DNA of 34,271 bases from Deltaproteobacteria bacterium. GTDB lineage: Bacteria; Bdellovibrionota_B; Oligoflexia; Oligoflexales; Bog-1112. Shown here one piece after another: positions 15,568 through 25,257 of the stretch (position 1 is its first letter; every line of letters starts with the position of its first letter). The stretch spans positions 1 through 34,271 of the forward strand of contig PLEQ01000232.1 in the NCBI GenBank assembly GCA_003136475.1. The letters are read 5' to 3'. The notes beneath the pieces are model-generated. The model did no database searches. It was not told the origin of the DNA and saw nothing but the letters and a program-made list of their open reading frames with translations. The translations under genes were made by a program, and so were the position numbers.

Positions 15568-18500
15568 TTAAGAGCCTATCAATGAAACAGAAATATCTGT
15601 AGCGGGATTTACTATGAAAGCTTTTTCACCAGTTACTAACACGATTTCATCGTTTGTAACAGAATAAGTAGGGCTTGTAATGACCACACTAGTTATACCA
15701 GGAATTAACCTTACTGTTTCTACTATGCTGCTAAGATCCAAACTTTGACCTAGAGGGTTAGCTTGAACCAGAGCATACACTGAACTTTGAATCTGAGAAG
15801 TAATTTGGGCAAATGAAACGCCAATCGCTGTCCTAATAGCCAATGCAATCTGGATTCTCTTTAGTAATGGCTCTCTGATAAAGATGTCTGTTCCGGCAGC
15901 ATTCACACCAGGATAGGTAACAGGATCTCTTGGATCCCCATATATTACTCTATTAGCCTGTCCAATCAACCCAGTATCGTAATTATAGCTGTCTATGCCA
16001 TTCACAATAGTGGTTGGAAAATTCAACTTTCCTAGAGAGGTCATTGCCACTCCTGCTGACAAATCTATTTTGTCATATTGAGCAGAAGTATTGAATACTA
16101 TATTGTTAAAATTTGCAGTTCCGGATTGTAGGGAAACATATGACACCTGTTTATATCCAGTATATGCCTTACCTTCTTGTACAGATAACGATACGGAATT
16201 GCCGTCCAGATTAGTATTAAATTGAGTAGAAATAACACCAGCAATCACTATTGTCGTAGGGCTTAATACTTGTAGAATATTGTATGTTCCAGCGTTTCCG
16301 GCTCCCAAAACCGTTCCATTAACTAACAACTTGTCTCCTGGAACTGTAGCTTCATATGTGAAGAACTGTATTTGTGGTCGATCTATTGAAAAAGTGACCG
16401 ATGAAATTCCTGATTGTGTTACGGCTGAAGGATTTATCACGCTCAAGAAAGGTCTTTGTCCCGATTGTGTAACAATGAAACTAAAAGCAGCAGGCATTGA
16501 AACATCTACTGGAATGTTGGTTTGGGCCGCAACCGTGGCAGTAACCGTTACTATATTGGTAAGGGCTACATAAGATGCCGTCATGGCCGTCAAATGTCCA
16601 TTAATAGCAGCATATGTTGCAGAAGCAACTGTAGCAGCGGAATCGCTACTATTTATAGTTACTTCGATACCAGTAAATCCTATTGGTGCTGGATCCGTAT
16701 TGCTTCCGCCTAATACGTTGTACCAAATATAGTATTGGTTTGCATTCCCGCCATTGTAAATCTCAAAATATTCTCCAGGACCCGTTGAAGTAAAGGTAGC
16801 TCCTGAAGGTAGGATTAATTGAACAACTTGTTGCTGTGATGGTCCAGAGTTTACCACCATGAAATTGCCTACATTGCCACCAGTAAAGCCGGATCCGAAT
16901 GTAACGATATCTCCTGGAAGAGCTACGCCAAGAGAAGGTGGGGTTCCTGTTCCTGTCCAACTTAATGTTTCAGTCCCACCAGATGTGGTTACATTGAAAA
17001 CGGTAGAAGAATCGTATCCAGTAGAAATGATGTTTGCAATACAAGTTACTTCTTCTTCAACAACATTTGTGTTTTCGTACCAAACGCTATTATTAAACAT
17101 ACGAATAACTCTATATGTTCCCTGATTAAGAGGAGAGAATGGGGAAGATAGGATTAAAGTATCTCCCTCAGATACTGAAATAGTAGAGTTAAATTCACCA
17201 GCAGTAATTGCTGTTCCGGTCTCAGTAGTCGCATTTGAATTTGATACGAAAAATGACAGTCCGTTTGTTCCAATACCTTCTATAAAAAAAGCACCATTAT
17301 TCCCTGGATTGGTCATACCAGAAATGTGTATGAGGTCCCCTATGGAAAGATCGGCAAAATTTGTATTTCCAGAAGCAACAGTATAAGTAGCCGTGGTGTT
17401 GGCCACAGTGACATTTACGGTCCATCCGCCAGAATCGTTTAGATTAGCGACCGTGCTAAAATTTGGAGATGTCCCAACACCATTCCAACTTAAGCAAGCT
17501 AGAGAGCCCTGCTTCTCTATTCTGAATGTATCTCCTTCTACCCTTACAAAATTCTTAGGACTTCCAAAATAAAGTTCCCCAGATTCTTGATTTAGCAAGG
17601 TTACTGTAGATTTTCCAGAAGACGGCGTATTGCTTAATACGGTCACGCTTGTATTGGCGCTTATGCCAGTATCTTTATTTTGAGAAGTTTCTGCTTGTAG
17701 TCTAAACCATTGATCGCTAGCAACTGCTTGACTGGCTACACTATTAGCAGAAACGATCATCTCGTTATTACCGAGTAATTCTCCGGAAGTCAATATCGGA
17801 ACAACGTACTCGTTTCCACTACCGCCAATTATTTGGATAGATCCTATCGATCCAATAGTATTGGTGGCCAATTGAAGTTTGGTACCGCGTTCCACAACTT
17901 CTACGGTTCCGACCGTAGTAAATCCGGTAACAGCTAAAATATTCCAAAAATCTTTAACCTGATCTATAGTAGTTGGAATAAGCATTACGGTTTCTCCACT
18001 TGTGAAGAAACTGTATCCCGGTGCGCTAGGGTATGTTAGAGAATTTTTAAGAGTAAATTGGGGACTTCCGCTAACATTCGAACTGAAAATCCAATTAATG
18101 CCGTCCAATAAATAATATGATGTTATAGTAAAATTACTATTTTCGTAAGTACTAAGAACGATAGTTCCGGATCCATCTCCATTAACTATGGCAGACGTTA
18201 TATATTTATTCAAATTTGCATTGACATACGTATTTACTGCTGAAGCCGTTGTTGGCGTAGCAGTATAAAACTGAATGCCAGTAGGAACTGTGGTGACAAC
18301 ATTTGATTGAGCAACAGCGGTTCCAGTTGGTACTTGTACACTAAAGGAGGTAGCCGTAGGAGTAAATCCTACGGCGGTTGACACCCTAAAGGTTCCGGTA
18401 TTGGCTATATTGAATCCAGTAGATGGGGCTATAGTAACATATGAACCACCAGATACGGAGCCTAGTCCTGGAGCTACGCCTGTACCATTGTAAGTATATG

Positions 18501-21500
18501 TTACTTGATCGACGCCCGCTACAGGAGTATTCGATGTAATTGTTACGTTCCATTGCGTGCTAGAAGTAATGGTCGTAGAAATTGGATTTCCAGAAATCAA
18601 GCTTATCTTGATACTAACATTATTGTTGGGAGTTACGGTTACAACTGAATTGATTGGTTGATTGGCAGAAGTAGGATACGTGTACGATACATTGATAAAC
18701 TCCCCACTTCGACCAAACGGAGTTGATCTATAAAGCAACGATGTATTAGAAGCTGCACTACTAACCACATACTTTGCTTGCATCAATACTTTATAATTTG
18801 CAAAAAAATCTGTGGGCGTAGAAAAATTGGCAGAAAAACTGGCTGTAGTTCCAGCAGCAGTATCGTAAGCGTTGAAACTAAAATTATTGGCTGGATATGT
18901 ACTATTCACTAATGCAGCTCTAAATAGAGGCATTGTATATGTCTCACCAACTGTATTGTTATCCACGATAGCGACTAGAGTATCATTGTATCCAAAATCT
19001 AGCGGATTTGCCACGTAAAAACGATCGTTGACCCTTAATCTCCTGACATCTGGATAAACTGGTAAAATATTAACAGTATTACCACCAGAAATAGCGGACA
19101 TTTGTACAGTTTCTTTAGAAGGCTGCTCATCGTCCAAGAGAGTTCCTGGAACAACGCCGTACGGATTTAAAAACTGTATTAATTCATTTGGATCAAAACC
19201 GGAAATGGTTTGAGTAGAATTAAAAGTGGTCAAAAAAGAATCTGGTGGTTCAGCAAATGAGTCCGAACTGATGGTAGAATGGAAGAATAGGGGAAGTTCT
19301 GCCTGAGAAGCTTGTGTTTCATAATTGGCTATCAAAGCTGGCTGACTAGAACTATTGGTTCCACCAACAAATCCTATGAGCGCTCCCTGTGAATCTGCAG
19401 TAACTACAGTAATTTGACCTGTGGTGGCTTCCGTATTAGTAACTACAGTGATGTTGGTATCATCAAAAACAGCAAAAGTTAGCTCATCTGTTTGAGACTG
19501 TAACTCATCTGCGATTACATTGAGAGTGCTAGTTCCCGACAATACTTCGAATTTTTGTGGTACATTAGGAGTTCTTACAACGACGAACCCCTGAATAAAA
19601 GCAGCATTTACCACGGGCGTTACGGCAGCGGCTTCGGCTGCAGTGACCTTTACACTCAAGGTAGAACCAGTTTGGGCATACACCCTGCCTTCTAGTCTAT
19701 CCGTAGAAGGAATCTCTGTAGACCAAACAATGACATAGTCTCCAGGGATAACATTTGAAAATGAAGATGAGGAATTGCTGGTATAGGTAACAATATTTCC
19801 AGATACTGAAACTGTAAGTGTTGATCCACCAACAATAGTTGGTATAATTATCGCATCGGTGTCAATAGATATCCAAATATACGCATTCGATGTTAGTGTA
19901 ACAGATCCAGAAGACACAGTTCCAGCCTTAATATTTGCTTGAGTAATAAGGGTGCCAGCAGATAGTGAGTCGCCGGCCTTGAGAGCTGTAGCCAATTGAA
20001 TCTGCGCCGTGTTTCTATCCAAAATATATTCGGAAGCAGCACCCGTAGAGCTTAAGTCTGTATTGCTAATAAAACCTTTTGCAATGAGAGAAGTTGGATT
20101 ACCCACGGTATTGACTACTGTTACTTGGGCTCTGTCTATGGCTCCTAAATTGGAAGTCAATTCAATAGTAGATCCAACAATAGAAGCTGTAATTCCAGTA
20201 ACGACATTGTTTAAAACATTAACCCATGATTGAAGACTGTTCGAAGATGATAGGGTTGTGTATGTGCCTTCGGCAATAAAATCCGCATCTGTGAGAGTGT
20301 AAGTAATTGGAGAAGTACCGTCTACCGATAAACTGAGAGTTTCTCCGGAAGCTATTGTGGGAGACCATAAGCTTTGAGGTTGTGTAAATATAGATGCGGT
20401 AGTTCCATCTTCTATTAAGAACACGCCATTTTTATAAAGTCTTAGAGTTTCGGCTTTCTGTGATGGAAATTGCAAAATGGTATTTGCATCTACAACCAGC
20501 GAGCTGGCAGGCGTAGTGATTTGAATAACATTGGTTACTTCGTCTTCAGGACGAATAACCACAAATGTTCCACCACCTGCAGTTACAGCTTCATAATTTA
20601 ATGAAGTGTCTCCATTTAAACTTGCACAAACTTCATATGCAGTGGCAGATCCCGGATTTTGGAAATCCGATGCTTGAAATTCGTGCTCATAAGTTATATC
20701 GCCAACAATAACCGCTAGGAATTCGCCACCCTTTAAATTAAAAGGTTCTGCTTGAACAGTTTGGAGTAAGGCCTTAGTGACTGAAGTCTGTGTTCCACCA
20801 GTTTGGAGCTGAAAAAACTTTTCTCCACCCAAAGCTGAATTTACTATAGTTTCAATTGGTACGCCCTGATGTGTGGCTTCATAACCAGCGCCATTATCAA
20901 CATATACAATAGTATTGGCAGAAGAATTTAAGATATCGGTACTTACGATGGTATCTGAACTATTAGGACTCTGTACGCCCTGCAAAGAAGACTCAATGGC
21001 AGTAACGGTTCCAAGTCCAGTAGAGGCTAGTTTATTTTTAACCCTAATACGAAGTTGATTGTCTGTTTCCGTATCTGAACCAGTAGTCAAAGCTAATGGA
21101 TTAATAACGGAAGAGTTTGGTAGCCCTGGAGGATTACCAGAAAATTGTGATATGGCTCCTGCTGGAACATTTCCAGATGCACCGGGTAGTTGAGCAGTGA
21201 TGGGGATATTAGATACCGTGGTTTCTCCATCTAAAATTACACCCTGTTGAGTAACAGAATATTGTACCGTGGCTGTAGTGCCAATTCCTGGGGAGATGAC
21301 GATCGTGTTGACTGGAATAGTTCGTACTCCACCCTGAGATAGAATTACCGATTCGCCAATATTATGATATTTTGTAGTGGGCGAAGAAAGATTTATGGCG
21401 TAATAAGATCCAACAGGAGTAATGGATGAGTATGGTAGTGGGCCTTCTACGTTTACCGTCCCTCTTCCGATATAGATCGCTCCAGAAGATGGGAAGTTAG

Positions 21501-21900
21501 ACGCATTACTAACATAAATAGTAGTTGATCCGGCAATTGGTGGATTTACGCCTGCATAGATAACGGTAAATATTTTCTGAAAAGAAAGATCGGTCACAGT
21601 AACAAAACCGGTAGCAACTTTGGCTCCCAAAGGAGTAACACCGTCTTGAATGGCTAAATTTTGGAGAGCCGGTCCAGTTGCGCGATCAAGAGAGTAATCA
21701 CGAAGAATCTGAAAAATATCCCCAGAAGATCTGGCCACCATAAGGGCCACGAGCTGAAAGAAGGCAACGTTGGGCGCACCAACATTAAGATCGTCCACAC
21801 CTATTGATGCCGCATAGCTAGAAAGAGCCTGACCTAGTAGCTGTTGGTAGGAAAGTGGCTGTGGTAAACTGCTGCTAGGGGGAGTCGGGGAAGTTGCCAT
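15568..21900 (-). CDS. Giant baseplate J / gp6-like wedge protein, 2110 aa
   Basis: N-terminal J motifs LDRATGPALQNLA..GV....A..ATG.VT, AQLPGASGNVPAGAI and GSDTETDNQLRIR; J-type C-terminus (LGQSLDLSSIVETVRLIPGITSV). About 1600 aa of beta-rich insertion lies in between. Confidence 0.88.
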   Translation of the reverse strand: MATSPTPPSSSLPQPLSYQQLLGQALSSYAASIGVDDLNVGAPNVAFFQLVALMVARSSGDIFQILRDYSLDRATGPALQNLAIQDGVTPLGAKVATGFVTVTDLSFQKIFTVIYAGVNPPIAGSTTIYVSNASNFPSSGAIYIGRGTVNVEGPLPYSSITPVGSYYAINLSSPTTKYHNIGESVILSQGGVRTIPVNTIVISPGIGTTATVQYSVTQQGVILDGETTVSNIPITAQLPGASGNVPAGAISQFSGNPPGLPNSSVINPLALTTGSDTETDNQLRIRVKNKLASTGLGTVTAIESSLQGVQSPNSSDTIVSTDILNSSANTIVYVDNGAGYEATHQGVPIETIVNSALGGEKFFQLQTGGTQTSVTKALLQTVQAEPFNLKGGEFLAVIVGDITYEHEFQASDFQNPGSATAYEVCASLNGDTSLNYEAVTAGGGTFVVIRPEDEVTNVIQITTPASSLVVDANTILQFPSQKAETLRLYKNGVFLIEDGTTASIFTQPQSLWSPTIASGETLSLSVDGTSPITYTLTDADFIAEGTYTTLSSSNSLQSWVNVLNNVVTGITASIVGSTIELTSNLGAIDRAQVTVVNTVGNPTSLIAKGFISNTDLSSTGAASEYILDRNTAQIQLATALKAGDSLSAGTLITQANIKAGTVSSGSVTLTSNAYIWISIDTDAIIIPTIVGGSTLTVSVSGNIVTYTSNSSSSFSNVIPGDYVIVWSTEIPSTDRLEGRVYAQTGSTLSVKVTAAEAAAVTPVVNAAFIQGFVVVRTPNVPQKFEVLSGTSTLNVIADELQSQTDELTFAVFDDTNITVVTNTEATTGQITVVTADSQGALIGFVGGTNSSSQPALIANYETQASQAELPLFFHSTISSDSFAEPPDSFLTTFNSTQTISGFDPNELIQFLNPYGVVPGTLLDDEQPSKETVQMSAISGGNTVNILPVYPDVRRLRVNDRFYVANPLDFGYNDTLVAIVDNNTVGETYTMPLFRAALVNSTYPANNFSFNAYDTAAGTTASFSANFSTPTDFFANYKVLMQAKYVVSSAASNTSLLYRSTPFGRSGEFINVSYTYPTSANQPINSVVTVTPNNNVSIKISLISGNPISTTITSSTQWNVTITSNTPVAGVDQVTYTYNGTGVAPGLGSVSGGSYVTIAPSTGFNIANTGTFRVSTAVGFTPTATSFSVQVPTGTAVAQSNVVTTVPTGIQFYTATPTTASAVNTYVNANLNKYITSAIVNGDGSGTIVLSTYENSNFTITSYYLLDGINWIFSSNVSGSPQFTLKNSLTYPSAPGYSFFTSGETVMLIPTTIDQVKDFWNILAVTGFTTVGTVEVVERGTKLQLATNTIGSIGSIQIIGGSGNEYVVPILTSGELLGNNEMIVSANSVASQAVASDQWFRLQAETSQNKDTGISANTSVTVLSNTPSSGKSTVTLLNQESGELYFGSPKNFVRVEGDTFRIEKQGSLACLSWNGVGTSPNFSTVANLNDSGGWTVNVTVANTTATYTVASGNTNFADLSIGDLIHISGMTNPGNNGAFFIEGIGTNGLSFFVSNSNATTETGTAITAGEFNSTISVSEGDTLILSSPFSPLNQGTYRVIRMFNNSVWYENTNVVEEEVTCIANIISTGYDSSTVFNVTTSGGTETLSWTGTGTPPSLGVALPGDIVTFGSGFTGGNVGNFMVVNSGPSQQQVVQLILPSGATFTSTGPGEYFEIYNGGNANQYYIWYNVLGGSNTDPAPIGFTGIEVTINSSDSAATVASATYAAINGHLTAMTASYVALTNIVTVTATVAAQTNIPVDVSMPAAFSFIVTQSGQRPFLSVINPSAVTQSGISSVTFSIDRPQIQFFTYEATVPGDKLLVNGTVLGAGNAGTYNILQVLSPTTIVIAGVISTQFNTNLDGNSVSLSVQEGKAYTGYKQVSYVSLQSGTANFNNIVFNTSAQYDKIDLSAGVAMTSLGKLNFPTTIVNGIDSYNYDTGLIGQANRVIYGDPRDPVTYPGVNAAGTDIFIREPLLKRIQIALAIRTAIGVSFAQITSQIQSSVYALVQANPLGQSLDLSSIVETVRLIPGITSVVITSPTYSVTNDEIVLVTGEKAFIVNPATDISVSLIGS
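16640..16665. repeat. 26-bp exact direct repeat, copy 2
   Basis: Identical to 14275-14300. Confidence 0.9.
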
Positions 21901-21921
21901 ACTTTATATTAAATCTCCTAC

Positions 21922-21954
21922 AAATAAGATTGTGGGTTGCCAAATCTTATTTTT
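21922..21954. terminator. Inverted repeat / possible terminator overlapping a late promoter
   Basis: AAATAAGATT-gtgggttgcca-AATCTTATTT (10-bp arms, 11-nt loop), ending in a T5 run on the plus strand. The stem is AT-rich. Confidence 0.45.
21924..21932 (-). promoter_or_regulatory. Putative late promoter CAATCTTAT
   Basis: Exact copy about 24 nt upstream of the J-like ATG, followed by TAGGAG. Confidence 0.8.
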
Positions 21955-21993
21955 CTAGGTTTTTGTGTACCATAATTGTTATATATCACAGGC

Positions 21994-24630
21994 TTATAGT
22001 TGTGATGTAGGTAATTGGAATGATACCGGAAAAACTCCCTGAATGCCGCTTAGCCCCACCCCTAAATTAATTACTAGACTTGGGGGTGTAATTAGTACTT
22101 GTAATCCGGAAATATTAGAAAAACGAGGATCAGCTGTAATTAAGTTCGTGATTTCATTATATATATCAGAAGCAGATGTGTCAGAAACCATAGTTCCAGG
22201 CTTAGTCCCCAATCCAAAGCTTGGATTGGACAAATCGCTCCCAAGTGGTGTTCCAAATTTAATGGCTAAAGCCTGTATTAGATTAGGAAGTCCGGCAGCC
22301 AATTGAAAGTCTCCGGTATTGTTTACAGCTAAATCGCCTTGTGGAGTCAATAACCAAGATACTTTGGATAATCCTACCAAATCTACATTGGCAACACTGC
22401 TAGGAATTGTAATTTGGTCGTCTGCGGTAGTCTGGAGATCAGAAGGAATCCAAATTACGTTTTGGGAATTTACAGTGCCGGGTAAATAGGCCTGTAAATA
22501 CGCTTGATTAGCGGTCGTAAATGTGTCCAAATTTGGTAGTCCATCCAACGTTATAAGAAAACTAGTTTGTGACAGAGACACTATGTTTATAATAGTACGA
22601 GCAACTGGATTTTGGTTGTTTGCATAGAGATATATGGTTTGGCCAATAAAAAGATCTGTATCGGAGCCTACTACAATATTTCTGCCATCGGCATTAGATA
22701 ATAAAGAATACTGGAATCCATCCGGATCTATATATGGCTCTTGTAAGAAATTTAATGTAGCTATCTCCAACCATCTAGCAGAATCTCCTAAATATCTCTG
22801 CGCAATTTGTTCCATATTCAGTCCTGCTGGAACTGGAACCTGAATTTTGGAGTTAGAAATAGAAAATTCAATTCCAGAAGTTGCGGCTAGAGCATTGACA
22901 TATTCCATATTATTTAAAATTTGATTGTTATCAAGCTGATTGGTTGCAGTCAATATGTCATAACTTTCAACTAATTCATAAAATGATTGTAAGATATAGT
23001 ACTGATCCAGAGTCATGGTATTTTCAGTTGCAATAGGGGGAGGCGTATTGAAAAGTGTGCTATAGTACGAATCACCAGCACCAAAAGAAGTTTCTAATTG
23101 GGTGCATAGTGTAAGAATAACCCCACGCATTGTTTTCAAATTTGCAACCGTAAAATTGCTTACAGTATTTAATTCATTACTAAGAGCTGTTGATTGGGCA
23201 GTATTTAATGTTAAGCTATTTACGGGAACTTGGCTAAAAAGCATTGGATTCTGCAGAGGATTGGCAAATATCGTACTTGATGGGTTTAACGTAGAAGATG
23301 CAATTGCATTAGGTCCCAACTGACCATTTGCTACTGCGGCTGAAGAAAGGCCTTCATTTTTTTGTTGCAAGGCTTGTACGTTAGATAAATTGGTTTGCGT
23401 GGTATTGTCAGTAGCCGCTGGACCAAAGAGATTGTTTGGGTTAACAGTAGATAAAAAATTTGATATAGTGCTTTGAGCATCTTTGGTTAATTGAGCCGGC
23501 AAATCATTAACGGCTAAAGCTACTCCCGCCAATTGTTTTACAAAAATTCCGGTCTGTCGAATGATGTTTAAAATATTGTCAACATCTGACCTAACGGCCC
23601 CGATCAAATTGGTTGCAGCAGCCGCAGTATTTTGTGCAGCTTGAATTATATTTAGTATATTCTGGAGTACGCCAGGACCAAGAGGCGTTACTTGAAGTGG
23701 GACGGCGACTAGGTTATCATTTAAGTTAACCCTGCGCCATGCTTTAAATTGTAGGTTGTAGTCAATTTGCAAGGGCTTATTTGCATTTTCATTCCAAGTA
23801 AATCCTACTGGTGTGACTACGAAACTTTGATTCTGTTTGGGGATATCAAAGACCAAACGCCACCCGGCATTATCGGGATTTCTTTTGGCTTCAGCGTATT
23901 GTTCCAAAAACTGAGTTAGCATGAGAGTCTGATAATAACCAGTACCCAGACCATTTTCGGGATCTTGGGGATCTCCTGGTCTTATAGTAGTAGGTTTAGA
24001 CGCATTAGAGCCATTAGTGACGTTGTTAATAATTGATTGAAATTGAGTGGCAACGTTTTGTGCGGCCCCTATGGTACCACCAAAAACGGACTGAAGTATG
24101 TTGGGCGTTCCTGGAGGATTAACAGTTGAAGGTCTTCCGGGCCATACGCCAAAAGTTCCTTGAATAGAGATATTCTTAAAACGAACTCCGGAATGTTCTT
24201 CTAAGATACCACGTAAAGTAGCGGAAGTATTAATAGAATATGCATCTGTAATAGACAATTGTTGTGGAGTTATAGGCAAAAAGAATTCCCAGGCCGTACT
24301 CAATGGAGTAAAAGCCAAAGTACCGTTGCCAAGTGGGTTGACCGTAACTTTTGAAGGTAGGTTGCCCCCAACTACCTGATTATTGTTGGAAGTGTCTATA
24401 ACAACAAGCCTATAGGGTACTAGCTTATCCCAGAGTTCCCCTTTGGGAGACAAATATTGAAAAAATGTACTGTTTACAATAGGTTGAGCATTAGAATTGG
24501 GCGCAGTAGTAGGACCGGCATTGGGAACTACTGCCCAAGGGAGGTTACCGAACAAGGAACTGCCTCCTGGAGGCGCCGTAAGGCTTCCTAAAGCTGAACT
24601 AAGACCTAAAGAATCAAGTAAGCCTGGCAT
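21994..24630 (-). CDS. Baseplate fusion protein: tube-initiator-like N-terminus + LysM + gp25/gpW-like C-terminus
   Basis: FFLPITPQQLSI...ISIQGTFG and F.W......L...Y.L.F (gp48/gp54/gpU-type); GLNMEQIAQRYLGDSARWLEIATLN.L..P (LysM); GDL....GDFQLAAGLPNLIQAL...F.TPLGS...NPSFG...I...I.ADPRF (gp25-like). ATG 24630 is preferred over TTG 24633 given the AGGGG RBS. Confidence 0.78.
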   Translation of the reverse strand: MPGLLDSLGLSSALGSLTAPPGGSSLFGNLPWAVVPNAGPTTAPNSNAQPIVNSTFFQYLSPKGELWDKLVPYRLVVIDTSNNNQVVGGNLPSKVTVNPLGNGTLAFTPLSTAWEFFLPITPQQLSITDAYSINTSATLRGILEEHSGVRFKNISIQGTFGVWPGRPSTVNPPGTPNILQSVFGGTIGAAQNVATQFQSIINNVTNGSNASKPTTIRPGDPQDPENGLGTGYYQTLMLTQFLEQYAEAKRNPDNAGWRLVFDIPKQNQSFVVTPVGFTWNENANKPLQIDYNLQFKAWRRVNLNDNLVAVPLQVTPLGPGVLQNILNIIQAAQNTAAAATNLIGAVRSDVDNILNIIRQTGIFVKQLAGVALAVNDLPAQLTKDAQSTISNFLSTVNPNNLFGPAATDNTTQTNLSNVQALQQKNEGLSSAAVANGQLGPNAIASSTLNPSSTIFANPLQNPMLFSQVPVNSLTLNTAQSTALSNELNTVSNFTVANLKTMRGVILTLCTQLETSFGAGDSYYSTLFNTPPPIATENTMTLDQYYILQSFYELVESYDILTATNQLDNNQILNNMEYVNALAATSGIEFSISNSKIQVPVPAGLNMEQIAQRYLGDSARWLEIATLNFLQEPYIDPDGFQYSLLSNADGRNIVVGSDTDLFIGQTIYLYANNQNPVARTIINIVSLSQTSFLITLDGLPNLDTFTTANQAYLQAYLPGTVNSQNVIWIPSDLQTTADDQITIPSSVANVDLVGLSKVSWLLTPQGDLAVNNTGDFQLAAGLPNLIQALAIKFGTPLGSDLSNPSFGLGTKPGTMVSDTSASDIYNEITNLITADPRFSNISGLQVLITPPSLVINLGVGLSGIQGVFPVSFQLPTSQL

Positions 24631-24644
24631 CAAATACCCCTACA

Positions 24645-24653
24645 ATAAGATTG
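24645..24653 (-). promoter_or_regulatory. Putative late promoter CAATCTTAT
   Basis: Exact copy about 15 nt upstream of ATG 24630. Confidence 0.8.
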
Positions 24654-24717
24654 TCAGTTCCTTCATAATCGATATATCAGAGATAAGACCAGGGTATTTC
24701 TATGATATATAAGAAAC

Positions 24718-25257
24718 ATGAGAATTTTAAGATCTATACTAATCGGAACTCTTCTCGGACTATTATTGTCTTGTGCCATGATGTTTAGGGAAGTGAGACC
24801 TGTACCCAATTATAAGGGCGTGGATCAGGAAGCAATCCCATACGTTAATGAATGGCTTGAGCTGGCCAAATTAAATGGGATTACTTTTTACAATACGGTA
24901 ACCGTAGGATTCTCGAACATAGAGAGATCAGAGGTTATTGGCGAATGTAATTATTCTTATTTTTTTAGAGAAATCGATTTAGATCAAACTTATTGGAAAA
25001 CTTTTACTAAAATTCGGAAAACAGCATTATTGTATCACGAACTAACACATTGTTATTGTGGTAGAAAGCATGACTATGCTGTCGGTAAAGAATATGACAA
25101 CAACGAACGTCCTTGGTTTCCGTTAAAACGCGAAGGATTTTTTCTAGATGGATGTCCTCTGAGTCTTATGTATCCATACGTAGTTGAAGATTCTTGTTTT
25201 ATTTCTCACTATGCAGAATATACAAAAGAAATGTATAATCGCTGTGAGCCATTCTAA
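24718..25257 (+). CDS. Predicted lipoprotein zinc metallopeptidase (metzincin-like)
   Basis: MRILR + hydrophobic stretch + LLSC lipobox; HELTHCYCGRKH zinc motif; SLMYP Met-turn. Confidence 0.8.
   Translation: MRILRSILIGTLLGLLLSCAMMFREVRPVPNYKGVDQEAIPYVNEWLELAKLNGITFYNTVTVGFSNIERSEVIGECNYSYFFREIDLDQTYWKTFTKIRKTALLYHELTHCYCGRKHDYAVGKEYDNNERPWFPLKREGFFLDGCPLSLMYPYVVEDSCFISHYAEYTKEMYNRCEPF

Noticed and set aside
14261-16735. Repeat pair as the template/variable regions of a diversity-generating retroelement
   Set aside because: Both copies are coding and mid-gene, the differences are mainly synonymous rather than adenine-specific, and there is no reverse transcriptase in the window.
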